A stretch of 49,840 bases of DNA from Candidatus Eiseniibacteriota bacterium (lineage in GTDB: Bacteria > Eisenbacteria > RBG-16-71-46 > SZUA-252). Numbering within the stretch: position 1 is the stretch's first letter; each line of letters starts with the position of its first letter. The notes under the pieces are model-generated. The model was not told the DNA's origin and did no database searches. It saw nothing but the letters and a program-made list of their open reading frames with translations. Shown one piece after another: positions 22,465 through 31,804 of this stretch. Both the position numbers and the translations under genes were made by a program. The stretch is taken from assembly GCA_031370645.1 (NCBI GenBank), contig JANMQV010000198.1, positions 1-49,840 of the forward strand. The letters are read 5' to 3'.

Positions 22465-23475
22465 TCAGTATACCCCGACTTCCGGATCGAAGATCGGCGG
22501 GGTCAGCTCCACCATTGCTACCACGTCGAGGAGGTTGTGGTGGAAGACGGGAACGAGCCGGTGCGGCTCGCCCCGCTTTACGTACTCGTGGTAGTGGCCG
22601 GGGATCTCGGCGCCGTCCACGTCGCCCCCGCGTCGCCGACGAAGGATCCGCCATTCGAGGGTCTGGAGACGGCAGTTCGGGAGATGTCCCTTCCAACGCC
22701 GCCGCGCCATCCAGAGGAGATCGAGATGGGGATGGGGAAGCGCGAATGGTACGCGGTGGTGGACCGCGCGATCGTAGAGGAACGGCGCGTCAAAGGTCTT
22801 TCCGTTGAACGTGACGAGCGCGTCGAAATCACGAGCCACCCGCGCGACCTCCGCCAGGAGTGCGCGTTCCTCCGAGTAATCGCGGGCGAAGAGCTGGCGA
22901 AAGACGATGTTTCGATCCACCACGAACCCGAGCCCCACTAGGAAGACCGGCACTCCCGACAATCCGCACGTCTCGATGTCGAGGTAGAGAAGCCGGCGAT
23001 GTCCGAATCGGCGGAAGAGCCCGCGTTCCGGCGGATCGACGGCCGCCGCGAGATCCGGAAGATCGCGCACAAGGCGCGGGCCCTTCACTCGCGTGCGCGA
23101 TCGATTTCGGCGACGACGCGTGCGGTTCGCTTCGGCGGCGCGCTCGTCGTCGTCGTACGAGCCGCGGTCGAGCGCGGCGATCTTTCGGAGCAGCGGCATC
23201 GGCCGCTCGCCCAGGTCCGTGTAGAGGCGCTCGTGGACGAACAGCGAGCCCTCCTCGTTCGTGACGACACCGCCGGAGAGAACCTCCTCGATCGGGACCG
23301 CGAGGACCGTTCGTTCGCGGACAACGGCGCGGCGTGCCTCGGCCACGGCGCGCGCGACACTCGCGGCGCTCCCGCTAGCGCTCTTCTCCTTCAGCGCCCC
23401 CACGCCGCCGCGCCGGGCAGGCCCCTCCTCTCGAAAGAGATCGCCGATCTTCGCGCGGAGCGTCTTCGAGAGCAC
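22465..23475 (-). CDS. RNase H-like (DEDD) exonuclease, YprB/MrfB-like
   Basis: YLDIETCG, TFNGKTFDAPFL, HLDL, HNLLDV; GTG start overlaps the helicase TAG. Confidence 0.85.
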   Translation of the reverse strand: MLSKTLRAKIGDLFREEGPARRGGVGALKEKSASGSAASVARAVAEARRAVVRERTVLAVPIEEVLSGGVVTNEEGSLFVHERLYTDLGERPMPLLRKIAALDRGSYDDDERAAEANRTRRRRNRSRTRVKGPRLVRDLPDLAAAVDPPERGLFRRFGHRRLLYLDIETCGLSGVPVFLVGLGFVVDRNIVFRQLFARDYSEERALLAEVARVARDFDALVTFNGKTFDAPFLYDRAVHHRVPFALPHPHLDLLWMARRRWKGHLPNCRLQTLEWRILRRRRGGDVDGAEIPGHYHEYVKRGEPHRLVPVFHHNLLDVVAMVELTPPIFDPEVGVY

Positions 23476-25901
23476 TAGCGCCCCAGAAGTCGTCGAAGGA
23501 GGAGCGTCGTCGCGGCCTTGCTCGGAATCGGCCAGCCACCGTTCAGGTCGTAGTCCTGCTGCTGCGCGGGGCGAAGCACCGGCATGCCGACGCATGAGGG
23601 ACAGCCGAGTTCGCAGGGACAGTCCGCCGCCAGCGCGAGCGCGGACGAGAGTAGCTCTCCTACGATCGCGTAGCCGCGTTCCGAGTAGCCGAGCCCACCG
23701 GGATAGCGGTCGTAGACGAAGAGCGCCTGCTCGCCGAGATTGCTGCTGTTGAGAATCCCCCCGAGATCGGGCCGGTCGCACATGACGTGGAGCGGCAGGA
23801 GCGTGATCAGCAGATTCCGGATCCCCGACAATCCCTCGGCGGGATTGAGCCCCTTCACGCGCACCGCGTTCCGCGCCGCCTCGTCCGGGCGAATCCAGAA
23901 AGCCACCGTATCGAGACTGAGCCGCGGCAGTTCGAGCGGGTGATAGCCGATGGCGTCGAGACTCCGGAAGCGGATCTTCTTCATCGCCACCGTGGCCCAA
24001 TTCACATCTGCTTGCCCGAACCCGATCTCGGCGTCGCCGTATCGCTTCGTCTGCCGCGTCTCCAAGAGCCGAAGCCGCGTGTCTAGCACCGGCTGGGTGT
24101 AGTAGTCGACTTCGCGCGCCTCCACGTACGCCACCTTCTGCGCCAGGTCGAGTTCACGAACGAAGTAGGTGTTCCCCTCGTGGAGGTAAATCGCCTCGGG
24201 ATAGACGAGTTCGAGCGCGCTGATCGCATCGACATTCGCGATGACCATGTTCTCGCGCTTCGCATCGAGAATCGAATAGGTGTCGTCGGAGATCGTCCGA
24301 AGGCTCACCTTCCCGGCCGGATAGTCGGGCTGCGCCCAGTAGCGTCGGCCGTCGAGCGAAGTAAGTGTTCCCTCTTCCTCGAGAAGCGCCGCCAGGCGCG
24401 GTGCCCGGGCGCCGAAGAGCGCCTCGTCCTCGGGAGCCAGCGGCAGTTCGTACGCGGCGCAGGCGATGTGGGAGGCAAGCACGTAGGGATTCTCCGGATC
24501 GAGCACCGCGCTCTCCGGCGTCTGCGCGAAGAAGTACTCGGGGTGGCGCATGAGGTATTGATCGATCGGGTCGTCGTAGGCGATGACCACCGCGAGCGAG
24601 GCTCCCTGCGAGCGCCCCGCGCGCCCCGCCTGCTGCCACGTGCTCGCGATGGTGTTCGGGAAGCCGACCAAGACCGCCGCGTCGAGCGACCCCACGTCGA
24701 TCCCGAGTTCCAACGCATTGGTCGCGACCACGCCGCGGAGTTCCCCGTCGAAGAGGCGCCGCTCGATGGCGCGACGCTCTTCCGGCAAGTAGCCGCCGCG
24801 ATAAGGCGAGAGCCGGTCGGCCAGGCCGTCGGGGTCGTTCTCCAGCCGCTCGCGCGTGTATCGGTAGATCAATTCCGCCGCGATGCGAGACTTGGTGAAC
24901 GTGATCGTCTGGACGTCGTGCCGCATGAGGGAGACGAGAATCCGCTCCGCCTCCACCGAGGCGCTGGCGCGTCCCGGCGTGTCGCCGCCGCGCGGCATCG
25001 GGTTCCAGAAGGCGAAGAGCTTTGGCCCCCGAGGCGAGCCGTCCTCGTCCACCACCTTCACCTCATCACCCACCAGGAGTGCCGCCTGTTCGCCCGGATT
25101 TCGAATGGTCGCCGAGGAGAGGAGGAATTGCGGGTCGGCGCCGTAGTGCCGCGCGATCCGTCGAAGGCGGCGGAGAACATTCGCCACGTGTGAGCCGAAG
25201 ATCCCGCGATAGGTGTGCATCTCGTCCACCACGACGTAGCGGAGGTTCGAGAAGACGCGGCTCCAGCGGGAGTGATACGGGAGAATCCCCTGATGCAGCA
25301 TGTCGGGGTTCGTGAGAATCGCGTTCGCCTCCTCGCGGAGGCGCCGGCGCGCGCTGGTTGGGGTGTCCCCGTCGTAGGTGCCTGCTCGGAGCGTCGGGCG
25401 AAGCGCCGACGAGAGATCGCGCACTCGCTCAAGCCCACGGAGTTGATCCTGAGCCAGCGCCTTCGTCGGGAAAAGATAGAGCGCGATCGCCTCCCGATCG
25501 AGGAGCATACGCTCGAGGATCGGGAGGTTGTAGGCGAGCGATTTCCCCGAAGCCGTCCCGGTCGCCACCGCCACGTGCTCGTCCGCGCGCGCATGCTCGA
25601 TCGCCCGCGCCTGGTGGACGTAGAGGCGCTCGATCCCCTGCGCTTCGAGGAGGCGGCGGAGAGCGTCGGGAAGCGGTTCGCTCAGGTCGGCGTGGATCGC
25701 TTCCCGCGCGGGGAGATGCTCCAAGTGCGCCAATTCGTTCGACTGCCCGAGACCATGGACATCTTTCGGGCCGCGTGTGCGGGTCAGAAGTTTGGCCAGA
25801 AGTGCCTCGAACTCCGCCAGCGTCTCCGGCGCGCCGACGCTTCGAGGACGTTCGAAGAGCGTCGGAATTCCATTCGGGCGAAGCCGTACGTCATGGATCA
25901 C
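23475..25901 (-). CDS. DEAD/DEAH-box helicase with DUF1998 zinc domain, YprA/MrfA/Hrq1-like
   Basis: TGTASGKS, FPTKALAQDQ, TNPDMLH, DEMH, SAT, QQAGRAGR, C-terminal C..CPCELGCPSC. Confidence 0.93.
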   Translation of the reverse strand: MIHDVRLRPNGIPTLFERPRSVGAPETLAEFEALLAKLLTRTRGPKDVHGLGQSNELAHLEHLPAREAIHADLSEPLPDALRRLLEAQGIERLYVHQARAIEHARADEHVAVATGTASGKSLAYNLPILERMLLDREAIALYLFPTKALAQDQLRGLERVRDLSSALRPTLRAGTYDGDTPTSARRRLREEANAILTNPDMLHQGILPYHSRWSRVFSNLRYVVVDEMHTYRGIFGSHVANVLRRLRRIARHYGADPQFLLSSATIRNPGEQAALLVGDEVKVVDEDGSPRGPKLFAFWNPMPRGGDTPGRASASVEAERILVSLMRHDVQTITFTKSRIAAELIYRYTRERLENDPDGLADRLSPYRGGYLPEERRAIERRLFDGELRGVVATNALELGIDVGSLDAAVLVGFPNTIASTWQQAGRAGRSQGASLAVVIAYDDPIDQYLMRHPEYFFAQTPESAVLDPENPYVLASHIACAAYELPLAPEDEALFGARAPRLAALLEEEGTLTSLDGRRYWAQPDYPAGKVSLRTISDDTYSILDAKRENMVIANVDAISALELVYPEAIYLHEGNTYFVRELDLAQKVAYVEAREVDYYTQPVLDTRLRLLETRQTKRYGDAEIGFGQADVNWATVAMKKIRFRSLDAIGYHPLELPRLSLDTVAFWIRPDEAARNAVRVKGLNPAEGLSGIRNLLITLLPLHVMCDRPDLGGILNSSNLGEQALFVYDRYPGGLGYSERGYAIVGELLSSALALAADCPCELGCPSCVGMPVLRPAQQQDYDLNGGWPIPSKAATTLLLRRLLGR

Positions 25902-26884
25902 AGGAGTCCTTCCCCCTCGAGTAGGCGTCGCATCAATTTCGCTCCGCTCGCGGCCTGCCCCACGTGACAGTTGTTAAAGAAGACAAACGTCTTCTTCGCC
26001 TTCGCGGTCATCTCGCGGATCTTCCCGACCCACTCCTGCAATTCCGCCTCCGAGTAGAGGTAGTCGTAGCGGTCGCTCGACGTACCGGAAGGTCCGGGCG
26101 TGGGGGGTGCAGCGGTGGCGGCGAATAGAGGTCCGTACTCCGCGGCCGTCACCGGCTCGGCCGCCCGGCGCCGCGTCCCCTCCACACTCCCGCGCACCGC
26201 TCCACGCGACTCTCCACGCGAACCGTCGCCCCGATCGGGTCGCCCCCGTTCCGGATTTCGCCACCAATTCTCTTTGTTTCGCCCATGAAGTCGCACGTAC
26301 CCGATTCGTTCGGGTCCGGTGACGCGCGCGATCGGCGGCACGAGGCCGGGAAGATCGGGTTCGTCGACGCTCACGTATCCGATCCCCTCCGTCTCGAGCC
26401 GCTCCCAAACGCTCTCCTCCGCCCACGAGCGATGGCGGAATTCCACGAAGAGCGGTACTTCGGGGAGACGCTCCTTCAACGCGACGAGGAAGTTTTCGTT
26501 TTCGGCCGTCCGATGAAACGAGGTGGGAAACTGCGCCATGATTCCCTGCAACTTTCCCGCCGCCAGAATCGGATCGACCGCGCGCGCGAACACTCGGTAG
26601 AGCTCGGGGTCCAACGAGCGTGCGTGCGTCATGTCGTGGTGCGTCTTCACGACGAACTCGAACTCCGGCGGCGTCTTTCGTTCCATGGCCTGAAGCGTCG
26701 CCGGTGGCGGGATGCGGTAGTAGGTAGAGTTCACTTCAACGGCCGGAAATTCCCGCGCGTAGAAATCGAGCATCTTCCCGCGCTCGATCCCCGGCGGGTA
26801 GAAGCGACCGGCCCAGTCGGGGAAGGAGTAACCGGAAGTTCCGAGAAGAATGCGCGGGCGCTCCTCACCTATCTCACTCATCAC
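25898..26884 (-). CDS. DUF72 (YecE/YunF) family protein
   Basis: GTSGYSFPDW..FYP, VEVNSTYY, QFP, VEFRH, YVRLHGR, YDYLYS, FFNN. Confidence 0.92.
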   Translation of the reverse strand: MMSEIGEERPRILLGTSGYSFPDWAGRFYPPGIERGKMLDFYAREFPAVEVNSTYYRIPPPATLQAMERKTPPEFEFVVKTHHDMTHARSLDPELYRVFARAVDPILAAGKLQGIMAQFPTSFHRTAENENFLVALKERLPEVPLFVEFRHRSWAEESVWERLETEGIGYVSVDEPDLPGLVPPIARVTGPERIGYVRLHGRNKENWWRNPERGRPDRGDGSRGESRGAVRGSVEGTRRRAAEPVTAAEYGPLFAATAAPPTPGPSGTSSDRYDYLYSEAELQEWVGKIREMTAKAKKTFVFFNNCHVGQAASGAKLMRRLLEGEGLL

Positions 26885-28097
26885 GGCCCCACTGGAGCGC
26901 CCCGGCCCGAACGAGCACCGAGTCGCCGAACTTGTCCCGCAGCGAATCGACCGCCTCGGTCATCTTCCGGCGGTGCTGATCGGCGTCGAAGAGCTCGCGC
27001 TGCTTTCCCGCTCCGGAGACGAGCGAGGACATGGAGACTCCGATCAACCGAACCGGCCTCCCATCCCAGTTCTCGTCGAAGAGCGCGTTCGCCACTTTGA
27101 AGATCTGCGTCTCGTCGTCGGTCAATTCGGGGAGCGCGCGCTGTCGGATGGTGGTCTTGAACGCTTGATCGCGATACTTCAGCGAAACGACGCGCCCGAC
27201 GTATCCGTCCGTCCGCATGCGCCGCCCCACTTGATCCGACAAGCGAAGCAGGTGCGCGGCGATTCGGGCACGATCGGCGAGATCCTTGTCGAGCGTGAAC
27301 TCGTGACCCATCGATTTGACCGGCACACCCTCGTAGAACGGGATCACGGGCGAGTCGTCTTCACCCCAGGCGGCATCCCTCATTCGATCGCCGTTCAGAC
27401 CGAAGTGATACGTCAGGAACTCGCGCGGAAATTTCGCGAGTTGCCCCGCCGTTCGAATGCCGAGTTTCCCGAGCGACTCGGCGGTCTTCTCCCCGATTCC
27501 CCATAGGTCCTGAACCGGGCGAGGCCAGAAAATCTCGCGGTACATCTCGTGCGTGAGCGCGGTGAGCCCTCTCGGCTTCTTGAGCCCGCTTCCCATCTTC
27601 GCGATGTACTTGTTCGGCCCGATTCCGATCGTCGCGGAGAGTCCGACCCGCCTCCAGACTGTCTTCTGCATGGCTCGAGCGATGTCGCCGGCGGCGTTCA
27701 AGACAGCGGCGGGATCGCGCGTATCGACATTACCCGCTCGCAGCGCTTCGACCAACCGAGGCGCCTCCGTCAGATCGAGAAACGCCTCGTCGATCGAGAA
27801 CGGCTCGATGATGGGCGTGAACTCTTTGAGTGAGTCGAGAACCTGAAGCGAGACGTGGACGTACTTCTTGGGGTCGCCTTCGAGGAAGGTGGCGTTAGGG
27901 CAGAGCCGAGCCGCCGTGGCGATCGGCATTCCCGCGTGGATTCCGAACTTGCGCGCCGGGTAATTCGCGGCCGAGACGACGCCGCGCCGCGTGATGTCGC
28001 CCCCCACCACGAGCGGCTTCCCGGCCAAATGCGGATTGAGTTTCTCCTCGACCGACGCGAAGAAGGCGTCCATGTCGAGATGGGCGACGATGCGCAC
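26874..28097 (-). CDS. dinB: DNA polymerase IV (Y family)
   Basis: HLDMDAFFASVE, YPARKFGI, SIDEAFLD, LWGIG, VRLIGV, clamp-binding-like QRELF. Confidence 0.95.
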   Translation of the reverse strand: MRIVAHLDMDAFFASVEEKLNPHLAGKPLVVGGDITRRGVVSAANYPARKFGIHAGMPIATAARLCPNATFLEGDPKKYVHVSLQVLDSLKEFTPIIEPFSIDEAFLDLTEAPRLVEALRAGNVDTRDPAAVLNAAGDIARAMQKTVWRRVGLSATIGIGPNKYIAKMGSGLKKPRGLTALTHEMYREIFWPRPVQDLWGIGEKTAESLGKLGIRTAGQLAKFPREFLTYHFGLNGDRMRDAAWGEDDSPVIPFYEGVPVKSMGHEFTLDKDLADRARIAAHLLRLSDQVGRRMRTDGYVGRVVSLKYRDQAFKTTIRQRALPELTDDETQIFKVANALFDENWDGRPVRLIGVSMSSLVSGAGKQRELFDADQHRRKMTEAVDSLRDKFGDSVLVRAGALQWGRDE

Positions 28098-28147
28098 GGC
28101 GTGTCATCCCTCCGTCCACAACCCGGTTGATCCGTTCACGAATCTGA

Positions 28148-28176
28148 ACGATACTGCACAAATGTGCAGTTGTCAA
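28148..28176 (-). promoter_or_regulatory. dinB-operon promoter with putative LexA operator (28153-28170)
   Basis: TTGACA-17-TATCGT on the minus strand; palindrome ACTGCACAAATGTGCAGT (+ strand) fills the spacer. Confidence 0.88.
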
Positions 28177-28231
28177 GGGGAGGGGGCTACGGGGTAGCAT
28201 CGGCGGCTCGATCCGAGGGGAGGTCGTGACC

Positions 28232-29071
28232 ATGAAGCCGGAAGAGCCTCGAAACGCGCCGCCGCAGGAAGTCGTCGAGTATTACAGCCGTTATCCCGAG
28301 GAAGGGCGGCTCGGCCAGGGCGCGTTCCGTCTGGAATTCGAGCGCTCCAAGGAACTTCTACAGCGCCTCCTCCCCCCGGCGCCCGCGCGCGTGCTCGACG
28401 TCGGCGGCGCGGCCGGAGCCTACTCCGCCTTCCTGGCCGGCCTCGGCTACGAAGTCCATCTCGTCGACCTCTCGTCCCGCCTGGTGGAAGAGGCGCGGCG
28501 GCGAAACGCCGACCTGAAGCGGCCGATCACGTCGCTCACGGTGGCGGATGCGCGTCATCTCCCCCAAGAAGAGGGCTCCGCCGATGCGGTCCTCGTGATG
28601 GGTCCGCTCTATCACCTCCCCGAGCCAGCCGATCGTTTGGAGACACTCCGCGAGGCGTATCGTGTGCTTGCCTCCCCGGGGATCGTGATCGTCGCGGCCA
28701 TCTCCCGGTACGCCTCCACCCTCGACGGCATGGCGAGCCGTCTCGCGTCCGACCCGGAGTTCGTCGCGATCCGCGATCGAGACCTGGTCGACGGACAACA
28801 CCGAAACGCGACCGGGAAGGACTACTACTTCACGACGGCCTACTTCCACCGGCCCGAGGATCTGCGTGCCGAGTTGGAGATGGCTGGTTTTCGCGACGTG
28901 GCGGTGCTCGGCGTCGAGGGGCCGGGTTGGTTGACTTCCGACTTCGAAGCTCGTTGGGCTGACGATGTCGAGCGGAACGATTTGATGCGGATTGCGCGCG
29001 CGCTCGAATCGGAGCCCTCCGTCGTGGGAGTCAGTTCGCATCTATTCGGGGTCGGGAGAAAGACGCAATGA
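28232..29071 (+). CDS. class I SAM-dependent methyltransferase
   Basis: VLDVGGAAG motif I, VADARHLP, MGPLYHL. Confidence 0.88.
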   Translation: MKPEEPRNAPPQEVVEYYSRYPEEGRLGQGAFRLEFERSKELLQRLLPPAPARVLDVGGAAGAYSAFLAGLGYEVHLVDLSSRLVEEARRRNADLKRPITSLTVADARHLPQEEGSADAVLVMGPLYHLPEPADRLETLREAYRVLASPGIVIVAAISRYASTLDGMASRLASDPEFVAIRDRDLVDGQHRNATGKDYYFTTAYFHRPEDLRAELEMAGFRDVAVLGVEGPGWLTSDFEARWADDVERNDLMRIARALESEPSVVGVSSHLFGVGRKTQ

Positions 29072-29685
29072 GCGCGGCGGCTCGTCCCAACGATGCGGCC
29101 GCCGACGCGAGGCCGCGCTGCCCGTGGCCCTACGAAAAGCCGCACTGGCGCGACTACCACGATCTCGAATGGGGCACACCGGTCCACGACGACCGCGTGC
29201 TCTTCGAATTCCTCGTATTGGAAGGCGCGCAAGCCGGGCTCTCGTGGGACACCATTTTGAAGAAGCGCGCCGGTTACCGCGCCGCGTTCGCGGGCTTCGA
29301 TCCCAACAAAGTCGCGCGTTTCGACGCCCGCCGTCGCGCTTCGCTGATCAAGAATCCGGAAATCGTTCGCAACCGCCTGAAGATCGAGTCGGCGACGACA
29401 AACGCGCAGGCGTTTCTCGCCGTGCGGAATGAATTCAAGACGTTCGACCGTTACCTATGGGACTTCGTGGGAGGAGCGCCGCTTCAGAATCGCCGCGCGT
29501 CCATGCGAGAGGTCCCCGCGAGCACGCCCGAATCCGACGCCCTCAGCAAGGACTTGAAGAAGCGAGGTTTCCGATTCGTCGGCACCACGATCATCTACGC
29601 CTACATGCAGGCAGTGGGGCTCGTGAACGACCATGTCGAGACCTGCTTCCGCCACCGCGAGTTGGGCGGAAAGGAGCGCTCATGA
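29068..29685 (+). CDS. tag: DNA-3-methyladenine glycosylase I
   Basis: RCPW, YHDLEWG, LEGAQAGLSW, RNRLKI, QAVGLVNDH..C. Confidence 0.96.
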   Translation: MSAAARPNDAAADARPRCPWPYEKPHWRDYHDLEWGTPVHDDRVLFEFLVLEGAQAGLSWDTILKKRAGYRAAFAGFDPNKVARFDARRRASLIKNPEIVRNRLKIESATTNAQAFLAVRNEFKTFDRYLWDFVGGAPLQNRRASMREVPASTPESDALSKDLKKRGFRFVGTTIIYAYMQAVGLVNDHVETCFRHRELGGKERS

Positions 29686-30302
29686 TCCTCGAACCAGGGC
29701 TCGTCCCGCCGGAGCGCATCGGGGAAACGGTGGCGGCCCTCTGCGACGCGTTCCATGACTACCCCGTCATGACCTACATCGTGGGAAACGCCGGAGCGGA
29801 GTACGATCGAAATTTGCAGGCGTTGATTCATCTCTTCGTGTCGGCGCGCGTGCTCCGCGGGGAGCCAATCCTCGGCATCGAGGATGGAGGCCGCCTGGTC
29901 GCGATCGCGACGCTCACGCCGCCCGGCGAGCGCCCCATTCCATCATCGTTTCCCGCGCTCCGAGAAGCGCTGTGGGAGCTTCTCGGTCCGGAGGCAAAGG
30001 CTCGGCACGAAGTGCTCTATGAGATCTGGATGCGCTACACGCATCCCGGCCTCCATTATCATCTCAACATGCTTGGAGTTCGCGGCTCGTACGCAGGACG
30101 CGGACTCGGCGGCCGGCTCCTCCGCGAAGTTCACGCGCTCTCGAGTGCCGCGACGGACTCGGAGGGCGTCACGCTGAGCACCGAGGATCCGAAGAATGTG
30201 CCGCTCTACCAGCATTGCGGCTACGAGATCGTGACGCACCACCGCGTGACCGACAATCTGGAGACGTGGCAATTCTTTCGCCCCGACGACGAGCCGCGGT
30301 GA
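29682..30302 (+). CDS. GNAT acetyltransferase
   Basis: AFHDYP, LNMLGV..GRGLGGRLL, NVPLYQHCGY; ATGA overlap with tag. Confidence 0.85.
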   Translation: MILEPGLVPPERIGETVAALCDAFHDYPVMTYIVGNAGAEYDRNLQALIHLFVSARVLRGEPILGIEDGGRLVAIATLTPPGERPIPSSFPALREALWELLGPEAKARHEVLYEIWMRYTHPGLHYHLNMLGVRGSYAGRGLGGRLLREVHALSSAATDSEGVTLSTEDPKNVPLYQHCGYEIVTHHRVTDNLETWQFFRPDDEPR

Positions 30303-30330
30303 TCCCGTTTCCCCGAACGAAGGGCCGTTC

Positions 30331-30798
30331 ATGTACCTGGTGCTGAAACTCGTGCACATCTCCGCGGTGATCGCGTTTCTCGGAAACATCACGACCGGGC
30401 TCTTCTGGCACCGGCACGCCGCGCGCACGCGGGATCCCAAACTCCTCGCGCACACAATGGACGGCATCATTCGAAGCGATCGCCTCTTCACGATCCCCGG
30501 CGTCATCGTGATCACCTCGGCGGGCATCGCCGCCGCGATCGCCGGTGGCCTCCCGCTTCTCCACACGAAGTGGATCGTCTGGACGCTGGCGCTCTTCACG
30601 ATTTCCGGAATCGCGTTCTCCGTCCGGGTGGCGCCGCTGCAACGGCAATTGCGGGACATCGCGCGGGATGGTGTGGATTCTGGCGCGTTCGACTTCGCGC
30701 GCTATCACGCGGTGGCGCGCCGTTGGGAGATCTGGGGCGCGATCGCGCTCGGCGCCCCGCTCGTGGGACTCGTGCTGATGGTGCTGAAGCCTCAATGA
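30331..30798 (+). CDS. DUF2269 family membrane protein
   Basis: YLVLKLVHI N-terminus, four TMs, C-terminal LMVLKP. Confidence 0.8.
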   Translation: MYLVLKLVHISAVIAFLGNITTGLFWHRHAARTRDPKLLAHTMDGIIRSDRLFTIPGVIVITSAGIAAAIAGGLPLLHTKWIVWTLALFTISGIAFSVRVAPLQRQLRDIARDGVDSGAFDFARYHAVARRWEIWGAIALGAPLVGLVLMVLKPQ

Positions 30799-31325
30799 CC
30801 ATCGTCGAAACGGAACGCCTTCGGCTTCGCTGGCTCACGCCGAACGATGCCGCCTTCATGCTCGAGCTCGTGAACGACCCCACCTGGATCGAGTTCATCG
30901 GCAAGCGAAACGTGAACACGGTCGAGGAGGCGCGCACCTACATCACGACGAAGTACGTCGCGGATTACAACGGTCGCGGCTTCGGGCTGAACCTCGTGGA
31001 GTTGAAGGATTCCGGAACGCCGGTCGGGATCTGCGGGCTGATCAAGCGGGAGACGCTGGAGGACGTGGATGTCGGCTTCGCGTTCCTTCCCCGTTACGCC
31101 GGGCAAGGCTACGCCACGGAGTCCGCCGCCGCGGTGCTCGAGCATGGGCGCCGCGCTCTTGGAATCGGGCGAATCGTAGCGATTACGCTTCCCCACAACC
31201 TCCGCTCCATCCGAGTTTTGGAGAAGGCGGGGCTTCGGTTCGAGCGGATCATCCGCATGGCGGGCGACGACGAGGACTTGGCGCTCTACGCCCAGGAGCC
31301 GAATGAGGAGTGGTTGCGGAAGTAG
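30795..31325 (+). CDS. GNAT acetyltransferase (RimJ/RimL type)
   Basis: ETERLRLR, DVGFAFLP..GQGYATE, NLRSIRVLEKAG. Confidence 0.9.
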   Translation: MTIVETERLRLRWLTPNDAAFMLELVNDPTWIEFIGKRNVNTVEEARTYITTKYVADYNGRGFGLNLVELKDSGTPVGICGLIKRETLEDVDVGFAFLPRYAGQGYATESAAAVLEHGRRALGIGRIVAITLPHNLRSIRVLEKAGLRFERIIRMAGDDEDLALYAQEPNEEWLRK

Positions 31326-31347
31326 CGGCGAGGATTCGCCGGCCGCG

Positions 31348-31599
31348 CTACCCCTCCATCCAGACCCGCGTCAACTGCCAGGTCATCTCGCGCGTGTCGT
31401 AGCGGATTTCGTAGTAGTCGGCGTTGTCCGCGAGGAGCGCGAAGTAGTGGATCTTGTTCTGCCCCTCGTGGCGAACCCAGTCGCCGGTCACCTTGGCGAT
31501 TTTCACCGTCTTCTGCTTCCACCGAAAACGAATCGGCTTCATGACGCCGCCGGCGAAGACGGTGATGACTTCGATGGGATCGTGGATGGACTCGATCAT
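31348..31599 (-). CDS. small conserved-looking protein, DUF6504-like
   Basis: 83 aa: DPIEV..PIRFRWKQK..W..HYF..YEIRYD..WQLTRV pattern; behind an operator-bearing promoter. Family assignment by recollection. Confidence 0.7.
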   Translation of the reverse strand: MIESIHDPIEVITVFAGGVMKPIRFRWKQKTVKIAKVTGDWVRHEGQNKIHYFALLADNADYYEIRYDTREMTWQLTRVWMEG

Positions 31600-31713
31600 G
31601 AAGTACCCGCTGTCTGCAGTAGGGAACGAATGTGCATGAATCATCCGTCGAGCCTCCGGAAACCGACCGCTTCCTTGCCTGCCGCTCCTTCGATTCCTCT
31701 TCCCAACAGAAGG

Positions 31714-31742
31714 AAGATACTGCACATTTGTGCAGTTGTCAA
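31714..31742 (-). promoter_or_regulatory. promoter with putative LexA operator (31719-31736)
   Basis: TTGACA-17-TATCTT on the minus strand; palindrome ACTGCACATTTGTGCAGT. Confidence 0.88.
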
Positions 31743-31804
31743 GGGGCGGGGGCGAAAGAGCGTATCGGTAGGGCTAACGAGGCCATGGAAAAGGGGATAG
31801 AGCG

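Noticed and set aside
22465-25901. DUF1998 helicase as part of an anti-phage system (DISARM/Druantia)
   Set aside because: No methylase, DrmA/DrmB split or PLD partners; the YprB-like neighbour and SOS context fit MrfAB-type repair.
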